Shown here: in pieces, positions 42,864 to 53,420 of the stretch
Layout of the letters: every line of letters starts with the position of its first letter
Position numbering within the stretch: position 1 is the stretch's first letter
NCBI GenBank assembly: GCA_050251875.1
Contig: JBFWMA010000001.1
Span: 454,263 to 518,262, forward strand
Origin: Deferribacterales bacterium
Lineage (GTDB): Bacteria > Chrysiogenota > Deferribacteres > Deferribacterales > Geovibrionaceae
Direction: 5' to 3'
DNA: 64,000 bases
Notes under the pieces: generated by a model
What the model saw: only the letters and a program-made list of their open reading frames with translations
Told to the model about the DNA's origin: nothing
Databases searched by the model: none
Position numbers and translations under genes: made by a program

Positions 42864-44258
42864 ATGAGAAAAATACGTGTACTGGCTGTCGATGACGAAG
42901 AAAACATTTTGTGGCTGCTGAAAGAGGGGCTCGCGGACGAGAAGATAGACGTCCTTACCACCGATGATCCCTACACCGCAGAGACTTATCTTTCCAAAGG
43001 CGTGGATATATGCCTTGTGGATATATTTCTGGGTGAGCACAACGGAATCAAACTGACCGAAAAATGGGCACCCGCCTATAAAGACACCCACTTCATAATT
43101 ATGACGGCGCAGGACACAGGATCCAACGTTATCGAATCGATCAAATCAGGGGCTAAGGATTTCTTTCCGAAACCTTTCGACCTGAACCAGCTCAAAAATA
43201 AAGTCATTACTCTCTGCGGAAAGATAGAACAGCACCCCATGACAGAGATAAAAGAATATGACTTCGAAACCAAAAACAAAAAAATGCTGGAGATCTATAA
43301 GCTCATCGGCAAGATCTCCAAAACCAATATAAACGTCCTGATTCTGGGCGAATCCGGTACGGGAAAAGAGGTTGTGGCGAGGATGATTCACCGCCAGTCA
43401 GCCAGGGCTGACAAACCGTTTATCCCCATCAACATGGCCGCCATCCCTAACGAGCTTCTGGAGAGCGAGCTTTTCGGTCACGAAAAGGGCTCTTTCACAG
43501 GCGCCGTCACGGAGAAAAAAGGTAAGTTCGAGGAAGCGCACACCGGAACCATCTTTCTGGATGAGATATCCGAGATGGATCTGGGGCTTCAGTCGAAACT
43601 GCTCAGAGTGATTCAGGAAAAAGAAGTGACCCGTGTCGGCTCCAGCAGAACGCTGAAGCTGGACACCAGGATCATAGCCGCCTCCAACAGGAATCTGGAA
43701 GAACTGGTGGGGACGGGAAAATTCAGAGAAGACCTTTATTACAGACTCAACGTGGTGTCTATAGAGCTGCCCCCCCTTTATGAGAGGAAAGAGGATACAG
43801 CTTATCTGACAAACCACTTTCTTCATAAGCACAAGAATATCAAGGACAAGGTTCTCACATGCAGCGAAGAGGCTCTGGAAGCTCTCACAGCATACCGCTG
43901 GCCCGGAAACATCCGTGAGCTGGAAAACACTATCCAGTATGCCATAGTGAATGCTGAAACCGACATCATCATGCCGGAGAATCTGCCTCCGAAACTGTTC
44001 GACAATAACCCGGCTCCCGGATCGAAAAGCACTTCCGGCGACCTCTATAAGCTGGCGCTGGACATTATCGAATCGGAAACCCTGTCGGACGGAAACAACG
44101 CTTACGAAGAATATATGAAAATCGTTGAATACCCTCTGATGAAGGCAGTTCTGGACAAAACAGGCAACAATAAGTCTATCTCGGCAAAAGTGCTGGGCAT
44201 TAACAGGAACACCTTCCGCAAAAAAGTGAGGGAACACGGTTTTGAGCAAGATAATTAA
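42864..44258 (+). CDS. Sigma54-dependent response regulator (NtrC family)
   Basis: REC domain; GESGTGKE; GSFTGA; FLDEI; WPGNIREL; Fis-type HTH. Confidence 0.95.
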   Translation: MRKIRVLAVDDEENILWLLKEGLADEKIDVLTTDDPYTAETYLSKGVDICLVDIFLGEHNGIKLTEKWAPAYKDTHFIIMTAQDTGSNVIESIKSGAKDFFPKPFDLNQLKNKVITLCGKIEQHPMTEIKEYDFETKNKKMLEIYKLIGKISKTNINVLILGESGTGKEVVARMIHRQSARADKPFIPINMAAIPNELLESELFGHEKGSFTGAVTEKKGKFEEAHTGTIFLDEISEMDLGLQSKLLRVIQEKEVTRVGSSRTLKLDTRIIAASNRNLEELVGTGKFREDLYYRLNVVSIELPPLYERKEDTAYLTNHFLHKHKNIKDKVLTCSEEALEALTAYRWPGNIRELENTIQYAIVNAETDIIMPENLPPKLFDNNPAPGSKSTSGDLYKLALDIIESETLSDGNNAYEEYMKIVEYPLMKAVLDKTGNNKSISAKVLGINRNTFRKKVREHGFEQDN

Positions 44259-46311
44259 AATACTCACCGAGAGTCAGCATCCGGTAAGTTTCAAACAGCT
44301 TCTATCAGCGACAGGTCTGGACGCGAAAGACCTTAAGAGAGACCTCAAAGATCTGGTAAAAAAACATAAAATCAGAGTTCTGCGCAACGGCGCCTATACC
44401 TGTGACAAAAAACAGGGTAAAGGCGGCGATGCATCGTCTCAGGTAACCGGAAAGGTGGATCAGCACCCGGACGGATACGGATTTCTGATTCTAGACGGCG
44501 GAGGAAAAGACCTCTTCATCCCCAGAAACAAGATGGGCGGCGCGCTTCACGGCGACAAGGTGAAGGCGAACATCGAATATTTCCGCAATAAACCCGAAGC
44601 GAAAGTGACAGCTATCACAGAGAGGGCTGTTCAGCGCATTATCGGCAGGGCTGAGAATCTGGCAGGCATCCTGCGTGTCGTTCCCATGACGAAAAAATTC
44701 AACTCATACATATATGTTTCAGCGGCATCCGCAAAAGGTGTCGAGAACGATGACGTGGTGATGGTCGATCTGACGTCATATCCGGACGGACAGAAGGCGG
44801 GCAGAGGCGTCATATCTAAAAAACTGGGCAAGCTCAGCGACCCCAGAATAGAAGACCTGATAGTTCTGAACAGATACGACATCACAAGAGAATATCCCAA
44901 AGAGGTGGAGGACTATGTAGCCGCCACGGGTCCTGAGTTTCTGAAAAATCCGGGCAAAAGAACGGATTTCACAGAGCTGACCACCGTAACCATAGACGGC
45001 GAGACCGCCAGAGATTTTGATGACGCTATTTCTGTGGAGGAGACCTCCAATGAATATATTCTGTATGTCCACATAGCGGACGTGAGCCACTATGTGCGTC
45101 CTGACACCATTCTGGACAGAGAGGCATACCGCAGGGGAACGAGCTTTTATTTCCCCGAGTTTGCTGTGCCCATGCTGCCGGAAATGCTTTCCAACAACCT
45201 GTGCAGTCTGCGTCCCGATGAAGAAAAACTGACTCTGTCGGCAAAGATATATTATACAAAAACAGGCTCCAGAAAGAAGGCGGAGCTGTTCCGCTCACGC
45301 ATAATGAGCGACAAGAGGCTGACATATACATATGTTCAGGCTTTTCTGGATGGAAAAGAGAAAGAGGACAACCCGAAGGTGGCTGAGCTTCTGATAAATT
45401 CCAGAGAGCTGGCGCAGAAGATAATGAAACGCAGAAAGAAAGACGGGATGCTGGATTTCGACTTTCCGGAAGCGGAGTTCGATCTGGATGAAAACGGCGA
45501 GATAATCGCCATCCGTGAATCGGAAAGACACCTGTCGCACCGCATCATCGAGCATTTCATGATAGAGGCGAACGAAGTCGTTTCCGAATTTCTGGAGAAG
45601 AGCGTTCCGAAATCCGTTTATCGTATCCACGACAAGCCGGATCCCCAGAAACTGGGTGATTTCGTGTCGCTGGCGGAGACTTTCGGCGTTATAGCCACCA
45701 TAAAGGATATTACGCCTAAAGAGGTGGCGAAGGTCAGCGAGACCGTGAGCGCCTCTGATTACGGCGACATTCTGGGACCGGCGCTGGTGCGCACCATGGC
45801 TAAGGCTGAGTATAACACCAACAACATAGGTCACTTCGGTCTGGCGTCCACATCATACACTCACTTCACCAGCCCCATCAGACGCTATCCAGACCTGATG
45901 GTGCACAGGCTGATATGCAACAAGCTGTTCGGCGCCGACTATCATTCCGAAAACGATCTGGACACAGCGTGCCAGAAATCCACCGAGAATGAGCAGAGAG
46001 CGGAGAATGCCGAGAGAGATATAGAGAGATTCAAGAAGATAAAATACCTGATGAAGCATATGGAAGAGCCGTACGCCGCCATTATCACATCCGTGGGCGC
46101 ATTCGGTCTTTCGGTTTATCTGCCGACCATAATGCTGAAAGGTACCATCACTCTGGAAGCCATTCAGGGTGATGTTTATCAGTATATTAAGAAAGCGGAG
46201 ATAGTTAAGGGTAAAAGAACCGGCGTGATGTACCGTGCCGCCGACCCCCTGGAGGTCATGGTGGAGCGAATTGATTTTGACATGCAGGAAGCTTATTTTT
46301 ATCCATTATAA
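44242..46311 (+). CDS. rnr: Ribonuclease R
   Basis: TIDGETARDFDDA; HFTSPIRRYPDL; cold-shock and S1 domains. Confidence 0.92.
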   Translation: MSKIIKILTESQHPVSFKQLLSATGLDAKDLKRDLKDLVKKHKIRVLRNGAYTCDKKQGKGGDASSQVTGKVDQHPDGYGFLILDGGGKDLFIPRNKMGGALHGDKVKANIEYFRNKPEAKVTAITERAVQRIIGRAENLAGILRVVPMTKKFNSYIYVSAASAKGVENDDVVMVDLTSYPDGQKAGRGVISKKLGKLSDPRIEDLIVLNRYDITREYPKEVEDYVAATGPEFLKNPGKRTDFTELTTVTIDGETARDFDDAISVEETSNEYILYVHIADVSHYVRPDTILDREAYRRGTSFYFPEFAVPMLPEMLSNNLCSLRPDEEKLTLSAKIYYTKTGSRKKAELFRSRIMSDKRLTYTYVQAFLDGKEKEDNPKVAELLINSRELAQKIMKRRKKDGMLDFDFPEAEFDLDENGEIIAIRESERHLSHRIIEHFMIEANEVVSEFLEKSVPKSVYRIHDKPDPQKLGDFVSLAETFGVIATIKDITPKEVAKVSETVSASDYGDILGPALVRTMAKAEYNTNNIGHFGLASTSYTHFTSPIRRYPDLMVHRLICNKLFGADYHSENDLDTACQKSTENEQRAENAERDIERFKKIKYLMKHMEEPYAAIITSVGAFGLSVYLPTIMLKGTITLEAIQGDVYQYIKKAEIVKGKRTGVMYRAADPLEVMVERIDFDMQEAYFYPL

Positions 46312-46377
46312 TTAATTATCTGTTGCTTATGATATATTGATTAAGCTATTATTAATATACAACATTCAGGACGTGTC

Positions 46378-48801
46378 ATGATCGGTAAGTATATTAGCGA
46401 GAAGAATATAGGTAAAATCAGTCTTATCAATATGGTTGCCGTTATTCTTGTGCTTACTGTCACCATGCTCCTTTTCATAGCTAATCAGACCAATAATGAG
46501 TTCGAGGCGGAACGCGCTCAGCTTGTCAAAAATTTTATCAGCAGTAAAAAAACTATCCTGATGAATGAAGTCGACAGGCTGTTTGACTATGTTGAATTCA
46601 ATACGGCAGGCGTCAGGGAATCGCTGAAATCTTCATCATCCACACAGGTGGACGAGGCAGTTTCTTCCGCCGCCAAAATAGTCGCCCTTATGCAGGCGAA
46701 GGGGCTCGCGTCCGAATCCGCCGGAGCCGCAGCCGAGTTTCTGAAGAAATATACATGGGACGAGGGAAAAGGCGGGCTCTATGTTCTGGATAAAACAGGC
46801 AGGGTGATAATCCATCCTGAATATCCGGCTGGAACCAACCTTTATAATCTGGCGACACCATACGGCTCTTCTCCCGTGAAAGATGAGATATCCGTTGCCT
46901 TTTCCGGCGGCGGGTTCATAGACAACTCCATGCCGGAGTCAGCCGGATCTGACAAATATGTCAACCGCACGGCTTATGTGAAAAAACTCGGATATTTTGA
47001 CTGGTATATAGGCACATCTTTCACAGACGAAGATGTGAAAAATATAGTGAAAGCTCAGATTGTTAAGCGTGTGGACTCGGTTATCTTCGATGATTCCGGA
47101 CACTACTTTATCCTTACTCTCAGCGGAAAAGCCGTGGCGACCCCAGGCAACAGCTCACAGGCGGGGGAAAGTGTTCTCGGTGTCAGAGACAACAGCGGCG
47201 TGAACTATTACAAAGACCTCATCAGTCACTCTCTTCAGGATAACAGTTATTTTTCATTCTATAACATGACATACACCGACTGGGGCAAAGATATTCAGGT
47301 GGTTTCGCACTGCCGGATAATGGAACAATGGGGCTGGCTGCTCTGCGCCACTGTGCCCATGAACGACCTTACGCCCATAATAAACGAACGCAATGTCGCT
47401 CTGAAAGAGAAGCTGAACAAAAACAAGAAATATTCTCTGATTATATTCGCCATCTCCGCTCTGGTGGCGGCGGCTATATCATGGTATTTCTCATCCCACG
47501 TTCAGAGGCTTTTCAACAGATACAGACAGGATATTGAGAACAGAAACAGAGATCTGGAAGAGCTGAACATAGAGCTGACTAACCAGCTGTATACCGACCA
47601 TCTGACGGGGCTTCCGAACAGAAACAAACTGGTGAACGATCTTAATCTGGTTACGAATCCCATTCTGATTCTGCTGAATATCGACTCGTTTAAGAAGATA
47701 AACGAAACCTATGGTTTCATCATCGGCGATTTTGTTCTGATAGACGTCGGCGAGCGGATTTCATCCTTCGTCTGCGACCCGGAACCGAAATGCTATAAAT
47801 TCCACGGCAACGAATACGCTATGCTGATCGATTGCAGTATGTCGAAAGAGGCTCTGACTGTTCTGATGCAGAGACTCTCTGAACATCTGGAATTCACCGT
47901 GAAATACGAAGAGCTGGAGATAGAGATAGATATCTCCATCACATGCGGCGTGTCCGCAGAGAAGGGCAACGTATTTGAAAAGGCGGGGATGGCTATGCGT
48001 CTGGCGGAGAAGAAGAAACAGCCGTATATGATCTATGACAACTCCATCGATATGGTGGACGAGTATGAGAAGGACATCCGCTGGACTAAGGTTGTGAAAA
48101 GAGCGCTCAGCGACAACAATCTTGTTCCTTTCTTCCAGCCCATCGCCAATTCGAAAACAGGCACTGTGGAAAAATTCGAGTGTCTTGTGCGGATCATAGA
48201 GAACGGAGAGGTTATAACCCCGTTCCAGTTCCTGGGTATCATTAAAAAGACAAAACTCTATCAGCATGTTACCAGACGTATGATGTCCAAGTCGTTCGAG
48301 ATATTCGCCGAAAATGATTTCTCGTTCACCATCAACCTGTCCATCGAGGATATCATGGACGAGTCCACCTCCAGATTTATTCTGGATATGCTGAAGACAA
48401 GCGGAATAGCCAACAGGGTTATCTTTGAGCTTCTGGAATCAGAAGGCATCGAGAGTTTCTCCGTTATCAACGATTTTATAAAAGAGATCAAAAAGACAGG
48501 CGCTATGGTCGCCATAGACGACTTCGGATCAGGCTACTCTAACTTTGTATATCTGTCTGAGCTGAACGTGGATATTATCAAAATAGACGGTTCGCTCATT
48601 AAGAATATAGACCATGACAGACAGTCTCAGATCATTGTGGAGACTATCATCAAATTCGCCAACCAGCTCAATATCAAGACCGTGGCTGAGTTCGTCCATT
48701 CAGAGGATGTGCGCAGGAAGGTTATAGATATGGGTATCGACTACATTCAGGGTTACCATGTGGGAAAACCTGTCGCCGACATTACCGATTATATGAACTA
48801 A
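46378..48801 (+). CDS. Membrane Cache-sensor c-di-GMP phosphodiesterase (degenerate GGDEF plus EAL)
   Basis: Two TMs flank Cache-like domains; DHLTGLPNR; GGDEF replaced by HGNEY; ECL and DDFGSGYS. Confidence 0.88.
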   Translation: MIGKYISEKNIGKISLINMVAVILVLTVTMLLFIANQTNNEFEAERAQLVKNFISSKKTILMNEVDRLFDYVEFNTAGVRESLKSSSSTQVDEAVSSAAKIVALMQAKGLASESAGAAAEFLKKYTWDEGKGGLYVLDKTGRVIIHPEYPAGTNLYNLATPYGSSPVKDEISVAFSGGGFIDNSMPESAGSDKYVNRTAYVKKLGYFDWYIGTSFTDEDVKNIVKAQIVKRVDSVIFDDSGHYFILTLSGKAVATPGNSSQAGESVLGVRDNSGVNYYKDLISHSLQDNSYFSFYNMTYTDWGKDIQVVSHCRIMEQWGWLLCATVPMNDLTPIINERNVALKEKLNKNKKYSLIIFAISALVAAAISWYFSSHVQRLFNRYRQDIENRNRDLEELNIELTNQLYTDHLTGLPNRNKLVNDLNLVTNPILILLNIDSFKKINETYGFIIGDFVLIDVGERISSFVCDPEPKCYKFHGNEYAMLIDCSMSKEALTVLMQRLSEHLEFTVKYEELEIEIDISITCGVSAEKGNVFEKAGMAMRLAEKKKQPYMIYDNSIDMVDEYEKDIRWTKVVKRALSDNNLVPFFQPIANSKTGTVEKFECLVRIIENGEVITPFQFLGIIKKTKLYQHVTRRMMSKSFEIFAENDFSFTINLSIEDIMDESTSRFILDMLKTSGIANRVIFELLESEGIESFSVINDFIKEIKKTGAMVAIDDFGSGYSNFVYLSELNVDIIKIDGSLIKNIDHDRQSQIIVETIIKFANQLNIKTVAEFVHSEDVRRKVIDMGIDYIQGYHVGKPVADITDYMN

Positions 48802-48828
48802 TTTCGTGGAGTTAGGTGTTGTACTTAT

Positions 48829-48917
48829 CGTCATTGCGAACTCTTTAGAGTGAAGCAATCTCATGCGGTCGTTATCTTCACAAGACTGCCGCGCAGATCA
48901 CATCTGCACGCAGTGAC
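48829..48917. repeat. CGTC-type REP doublet
   Basis: CGTCATTGCG...GAAGCAATCT with a degenerate inverted partner AGACTGC...CGCAGTGAC, between convergent genes. Confidence 0.6.
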
Positions 48918-48923
48918 CACAGG

Positions 48924-49520
48924 TTATCTGCTGAAAATCTGAGTATCTTTAGGGATCACAGGGTTAAACACGCTGTCGGGAATCTGCGGGTCAATCTTTA
49001 TGTTTGTAAACATTATAGATGTGTTGTTCCCGTTCTGGTCTTTTGTGGATATACCGGCTATCTGACCGTTCTTTATGGTGAAAACCATGCTGTCTATTCC
49101 CGTGCCCTGAGCGGCGGGGGCGAGAATCAGTTTTCCTGTGGTGCTGTTATATGTAGCTGTGAAATCCTTTTTGATATCAGCGGGATTCATCATCAGACGC
49201 ATATAAGCGTTTGTGGAGGGGTCGAGCTGCTGGCGGATGAGCTGTTTTGATTCGCTGTCATAGAACTGCATTCCTGTCTGATCGAATATGTAGAACTGTC
49301 TGTATGGTTTCTGATAATCCCAGAACGCTTTTGATCTGCTCTTGATATACAGCTTGCCTGAATAGGTATCTGATCCGAATCCTTCTATCTCTGTTTTCTG
49401 GATAAAATCAGCAGTATAGCTCTGCACCTTATTCAGTCCGGAGAGAACCTCCGCTGCGTTCTCGGCATATGCCAGCGCAGATAACAGTAATACAGATATG
49501 ATAATAAGAGTTTTTTTCAT
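48924..49520 (-). CDS. lolA: Outer membrane lipoprotein carrier LolA
   Basis: Signal peptide MKKTLIII; ADFIQ, WDYQKP, F..P at the C-terminus; GAGG RBS. Confidence 0.82.
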   Translation of the reverse strand: MKKTLIIISVLLLSALAYAENAAEVLSGLNKVQSYTADFIQKTEIEGFGSDTYSGKLYIKSRSKAFWDYQKPYRQFYIFDQTGMQFYDSESKQLIRQQLDPSTNAYMRLMMNPADIKKDFTATYNSTTGKLILAPAAQGTGIDSMVFTIKNGQIAGISTKDQNGNNTSIMFTNIKIDPQIPDSVFNPVIPKDTQIFSR

Positions 49521-49797
49521 CCCGCACCTCTTTGCTTTGTAAGAATATATATCGTTATGCCCCGTGTGTAAAGTGACAAAGACCATTTGGTATATAGATT
49601 AAAAACATAAGTAATATCAACAAAAGTATATGAATGGTGTCTAGCATTATAGTTAAAACTAATAAGTATTCATACGAAAGAGGTGTTTTTATATAAAAAA
49701 AATATTTTTATATTTCACGTCTATTTGAAAACCTTATATGGCACGGTTTCTCGTCATGTATAGGCTCTATCCCTGTCTATGGAGGGTTTTTAGGCTA

Positions 49798-49826
49798 TTG
49801 ACAATTTAGATATGATGTTATATTAT
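49798..49826 (+). promoter_or_regulatory. Putative sigma70 promoter for pyc
   Basis: TTGACA-17 nt-TATTAT. Confidence 0.65.
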
Positions 49827-49857
49827 CCGTAAACCAAAAGGAAGGATGGGAGTCATT

Positions 49858-52800
49858 ATGAGAATCAAGAAGCTAATGTCCGCCAACAGAGGCGAAATCG
49901 CAATCCGTACTTTCAGAGCCTGCACAGAGCTCGGCATCAGAACAGTTGCCATTTATTCCGATGAGGATAAGTATTCTCTGCACAGGTATAAAGCGGACGA
50001 GGCATATCTTGTGGGCAAGGGACTCGACCCCGTTGCCGCCTATCTCAGCATGGATGAAATCATCCAGCTCGCCATTCACAAACATGTGGACGCTATCCAT
50101 CCCGGTTACGGCTTTTTGTCTGAAAACGCCGAATTCGCCAGAAAGTGCGAAGAGGCGGGGATTCTCTTTGTCGGTCCTTCTTCCGACACTATCAATATGT
50201 TCGGAGACAAAAAGAACGCAAAAGTTCTGGCGAAGGAGTGCGGCGTTCCCGTTATAGAGGGTTCCGCAGGCGTGGTCGCCACTCTGGACGAGGCTCTTGC
50301 GATAGCTGAATCCATAAAATATCCCGTGCTGATTAAGGCTGTCGCCGGCGGCGGCGGAAGGGGGATCAGGGTCGCCAGAGACAAAAAAGAGATGGCGGAC
50401 AACTTTGACTCCGCCAAGAGCGAAGCGCTGAAAGCGTTCGGCAACGGCGACATCATCATCGAAAAATATATAGAAGAACCCAAACACATAGAAATTCAGC
50501 TTCTGGCGGATAAACACGGAAACATAGTCCATCTGTATGAGCGTGACTGCTCCATTCAGCGCCGCCACCAGAAACTGATAGAGGTAGCGCCCTCTATAAA
50601 CGTGGCAGACAAAACACTTCAGGCTATGTATGACGCCGCTATCGCAGTCGGCAGGAGATCAAATCTGGTGAACGCCGCCACTGTGGAGTTTCTCGTTGAT
50701 AAACATCAGGATTACTACTTTCTCGAAGTTAACCCCAGGCTTCAGGTGGAACACACCATCACAGAGCTTATCACAGGCATAGACATAGTTCAGAGCCAGA
50801 TATTCATCAGCGCCGGAGAGCCCTTAAGCTCTCCTAACATAGACATTCAGTCTCAGGAAACTGTGAAAAAGAGCGGATACGCTATTCAGTGCCGTGTCAC
50901 AACAGAAGATCCGGAAAATAACTTTTTCCCTGACACAGGGGAAATAGAGGCATATAGAGTTGCCACAGGGTTCGGCGTGCGGTTGGATGCCGGAAATGGT
51001 TTTGCAAACGCCAAAATATCACCTCATTATGACTCCCTCTTGGTGAAGGTGTCCACCCACGCCCACTCTTTCAAAAACACCGCCAGCAAAATGAACAGAG
51101 CTCTCAGCGAGTTCCGTATCAGAGGCGTGAAGACAAATATCCCTTTCCTTGAGAAAGTGATATCACATCCCAAATTTCTGGACGGCTCAGCCTCCACTGT
51201 TTTTGTGGATCAGTCAAAAGATCTTTTCGATTTCAAAAAACGCATGGACAGAGCGACAAAATCGCTGAAATTCCTTGCTAACAACATAGTTAACAACCCC
51301 TCCGGTTCTGTGCTCCAGCCGGGAATCATCCTGCCCAACATAAACCCCCCTCAGGTGGTTTTCGGCACAGAGATGCCCACCGGAACCAAAGATATCCTTA
51401 ACAGAAAAGGCGTGGACGGAGTGATGCAGTATCTGAGAACATCCAAAGAGGCTCTGTTCACGGACACCACATTCAGAGACGCGCACCAGTCTCTTCTGGC
51501 CACTCGTCTGCGCACCAAGGATATGCTGGAGATATCAGACGTATACGCTCACCATATGAGCAACCTGTTCTCTATGGAGATGTGGGGCGGGGCGACATAT
51601 GACGTGTCCTACAGATTCCTGAAAGAATCACCATGGGACAGGCTGGCTCAGCTGAGAGAAAAGATACCGAACATCCTTTTCCAGATGCTCCTCAGAGCGT
51701 CCAACGCAGTGGGATACACCAACTATCCCGACAACGTGGTTAAGGAATTCATCCGTCTCGCCTGCGAGAACGGCATGGACGTTTTCAGAATATTCGACTG
51801 CTTCAACTGGATAGATCAGATGAAGCCCGCTATAGAAGAAGTGAAGAAACACGGCCGTATAGCAGAAGCCGCTATCTGCTATACCGGCGACATCACAGAC
51901 CCCAAGAGAACAAAATATTCTCTGAAATACTACACATCTATAGCCAACGAGCTGGCGGAAGCCGGCACAGACATCATCGGCATCAAAGACATGGCGGGGC
52001 TTCTGAAACCCTATGCCGCAAAGGCTCTGATAAAAGCTATTAAAGAAGAGACAGGGCTTCCTGTCCACTTCCACACACATAACACCAGCGGAAACGCCGA
52101 AGCGGCTGTTCTGATGGGTATAGAGGCGGGCGCCGATATCGTTGACGCCGCCGTCAGCTCCATGAGCGGTCTGACATCTCAGCCCAACCTTAACTCTGTT
52201 ATGGCGGCGCTGGACGGTCAGCCGAAACACTCTCACATGGACAAATACTGGACACAGCAGGTGTCTGACTATTTCGACAGAGTGCGCAGATACTACTTCC
52301 CCTTCGAATCAGGGCTTAAGGCTTCCACAGCAGAGGTCTACATCCACGAGATTCCCGGCGGTCAGTATTCCAACCTGATAGTACAGGTGGAGGCTATGGG
52401 GCTCATCGACAGATGGGAAGAAGTGCGCAACATGTATACAGCGGTTAACGCCGAGCTGGGCGATATCATCAAGGTAACTCCCTCATCTAAAGTGGTGGGC
52501 GACCTCGCCCTGTTCCTGGTGCGCAACAACCTGAAAGTGGAAGATATATATGAGAAGGGTGAAACTCTTAACTTCCCCGATTCTGTAGTGTCATTCTTCA
52601 AAGGGATGCTGGGTCAGCCTTACGGCGGATTCCCCAAACGTCTTCAGAATATAGTCCTGAAAGGCGAAGCGCCTCTGGACTGCCGCCCCGGCGAGCTTCT
52701 GGAAGACTATGACTTCACAGCGGCGCATGATGAGCTGAAGGCGAAGTTCGGCAGGAGCTTCTCCCCCGAAGAGCTGATCTCATACGCTCTGTACCCGGCA

Positions 52801-53292
52801 GTGTTCAAAGACTATGTGACATTCCACAACGAATACGGAGACGCTTCCATCTTCTGCACCCGCTCATTCTTCTATCCCCTGCGCAAGGAGGAGGAGATAG
52901 AGGTGGATATCGAAGAGGGAAAAACTCTCATCATCAGATATGTGAACATCAGCGAACCGGACGAGAAGGGACGCAGAAAAGTATATTTCGAGCTGAACGG
53001 TCAGCCCAGATCTGTGACTATTAAGGACGAGACCCTGACAGCAATCATAAAATCAAACGCTAAGGGAGACATAGCTAACCCCAAAGACGTTTGCGCCACA
53101 ATGCCCGGAAAGATCACTAAGATGAATGTGAAAAAGGGCGATAAGGTGACAAAGGGAGACATCCTGCTGATTACCGAGGCGATGAAGATGGAAACCAAAA
53201 TAGCCGCGGCTGTGGACGCCGAGGTAGACGAGATACTCCTTCAGGAAGGAGACAAAATCGAGGCGGGCGATCTGATCGTACGTCTTGTGTGA
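49858..53292 (+). CDS. pyc: Pyruvate carboxylase (single chain)
   Basis: Biotin carboxylase ANRGEIA; carboxyltransferase DTTFRDAHQSL; biotinyl EAMKM; alternative start at 49846. Confidence 0.98.
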   Translation: MRIKKLMSANRGEIAIRTFRACTELGIRTVAIYSDEDKYSLHRYKADEAYLVGKGLDPVAAYLSMDEIIQLAIHKHVDAIHPGYGFLSENAEFARKCEEAGILFVGPSSDTINMFGDKKNAKVLAKECGVPVIEGSAGVVATLDEALAIAESIKYPVLIKAVAGGGGRGIRVARDKKEMADNFDSAKSEALKAFGNGDIIIEKYIEEPKHIEIQLLADKHGNIVHLYERDCSIQRRHQKLIEVAPSINVADKTLQAMYDAAIAVGRRSNLVNAATVEFLVDKHQDYYFLEVNPRLQVEHTITELITGIDIVQSQIFISAGEPLSSPNIDIQSQETVKKSGYAIQCRVTTEDPENNFFPDTGEIEAYRVATGFGVRLDAGNGFANAKISPHYDSLLVKVSTHAHSFKNTASKMNRALSEFRIRGVKTNIPFLEKVISHPKFLDGSASTVFVDQSKDLFDFKKRMDRATKSLKFLANNIVNNPSGSVLQPGIILPNINPPQVVFGTEMPTGTKDILNRKGVDGVMQYLRTSKEALFTDTTFRDAHQSLLATRLRTKDMLEISDVYAHHMSNLFSMEMWGGATYDVSYRFLKESPWDRLAQLREKIPNILFQMLLRASNAVGYTNYPDNVVKEFIRLACENGMDVFRIFDCFNWIDQMKPAIEEVKKHGRIAEAAICYTGDITDPKRTKYSLKYYTSIANELAEAGTDIIGIKDMAGLLKPYAAKALIKAIKEETGLPVHFHTHNTSGNAEAAVLMGIEAGADIVDAAVSSMSGLTSQPNLNSVMAALDGQPKHSHMDKYWTQQVSDYFDRVRRYYFPFESGLKASTAEVYIHEIPGGQYSNLIVQVEAMGLIDRWEEVRNMYTAVNAELGDIIKVTPSSKVVGDLALFLVRNNLKVEDIYEKGETLNFPDSVVSFFKGMLGQPYGGFPKRLQNIVLKGEAPLDCRPGELLEDYDFTAAHDELKAKFGRSFSPEELISYALYPAVFKDYVTFHNEYGDASIFCTRSFFYPLRKEEEIEVDIEEGKTLIIRYVNISEPDEKGRRKVYFELNGQPRSVTIKDETLTAIIKSNAKGDIANPKDVCATMPGKITKMNVKKGDKVTKGDILLITEAMKMETKIAAAVDAEVDEILLQEGDKIEAGDLIVRLV

Positions 53293-53313
53293 CACTCTTT
53301 TGATGTTGTAAAA

Positions 53314-53342
53314 GGGCGGGTCGTTTGATCCGCCTTTTTTTT
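53314..53342 (+). terminator. Intrinsic terminator after pyc
   Basis: GGGCGGGTC-gttt-GATCCGCCT plus T run. Confidence 0.75.
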
Positions 53343-53366
53343 GTGTATGTTGCGAAAAGTCAGCGC

Positions 53367-53397
53367 AAAAAAAAGCCGTGTCAAACGACACGGCTTT
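53367..53397 (-). terminator. Intrinsic terminator after ahpC
   Basis: AAAGCCGTGTC-aaac-GACACGGCTTT with an A run on the left. Confidence 0.8.
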
Positions 53398-53420
53398 AAT
53401 AATTTATCCTCGGGGCAGAA

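Noticed and set aside
47590..48030. Active diguanylate cyclase
   Set aside because: The GGDEF signature is replaced by HGNEY, so it is probably catalytically dead; a common architecture.
49739..49754. Sigma54 promoter (TGGCACG) upstream of pyc
   Set aside because: The -12 position reads CTCG instead of TTGC, and a good sigma70 promoter is present.
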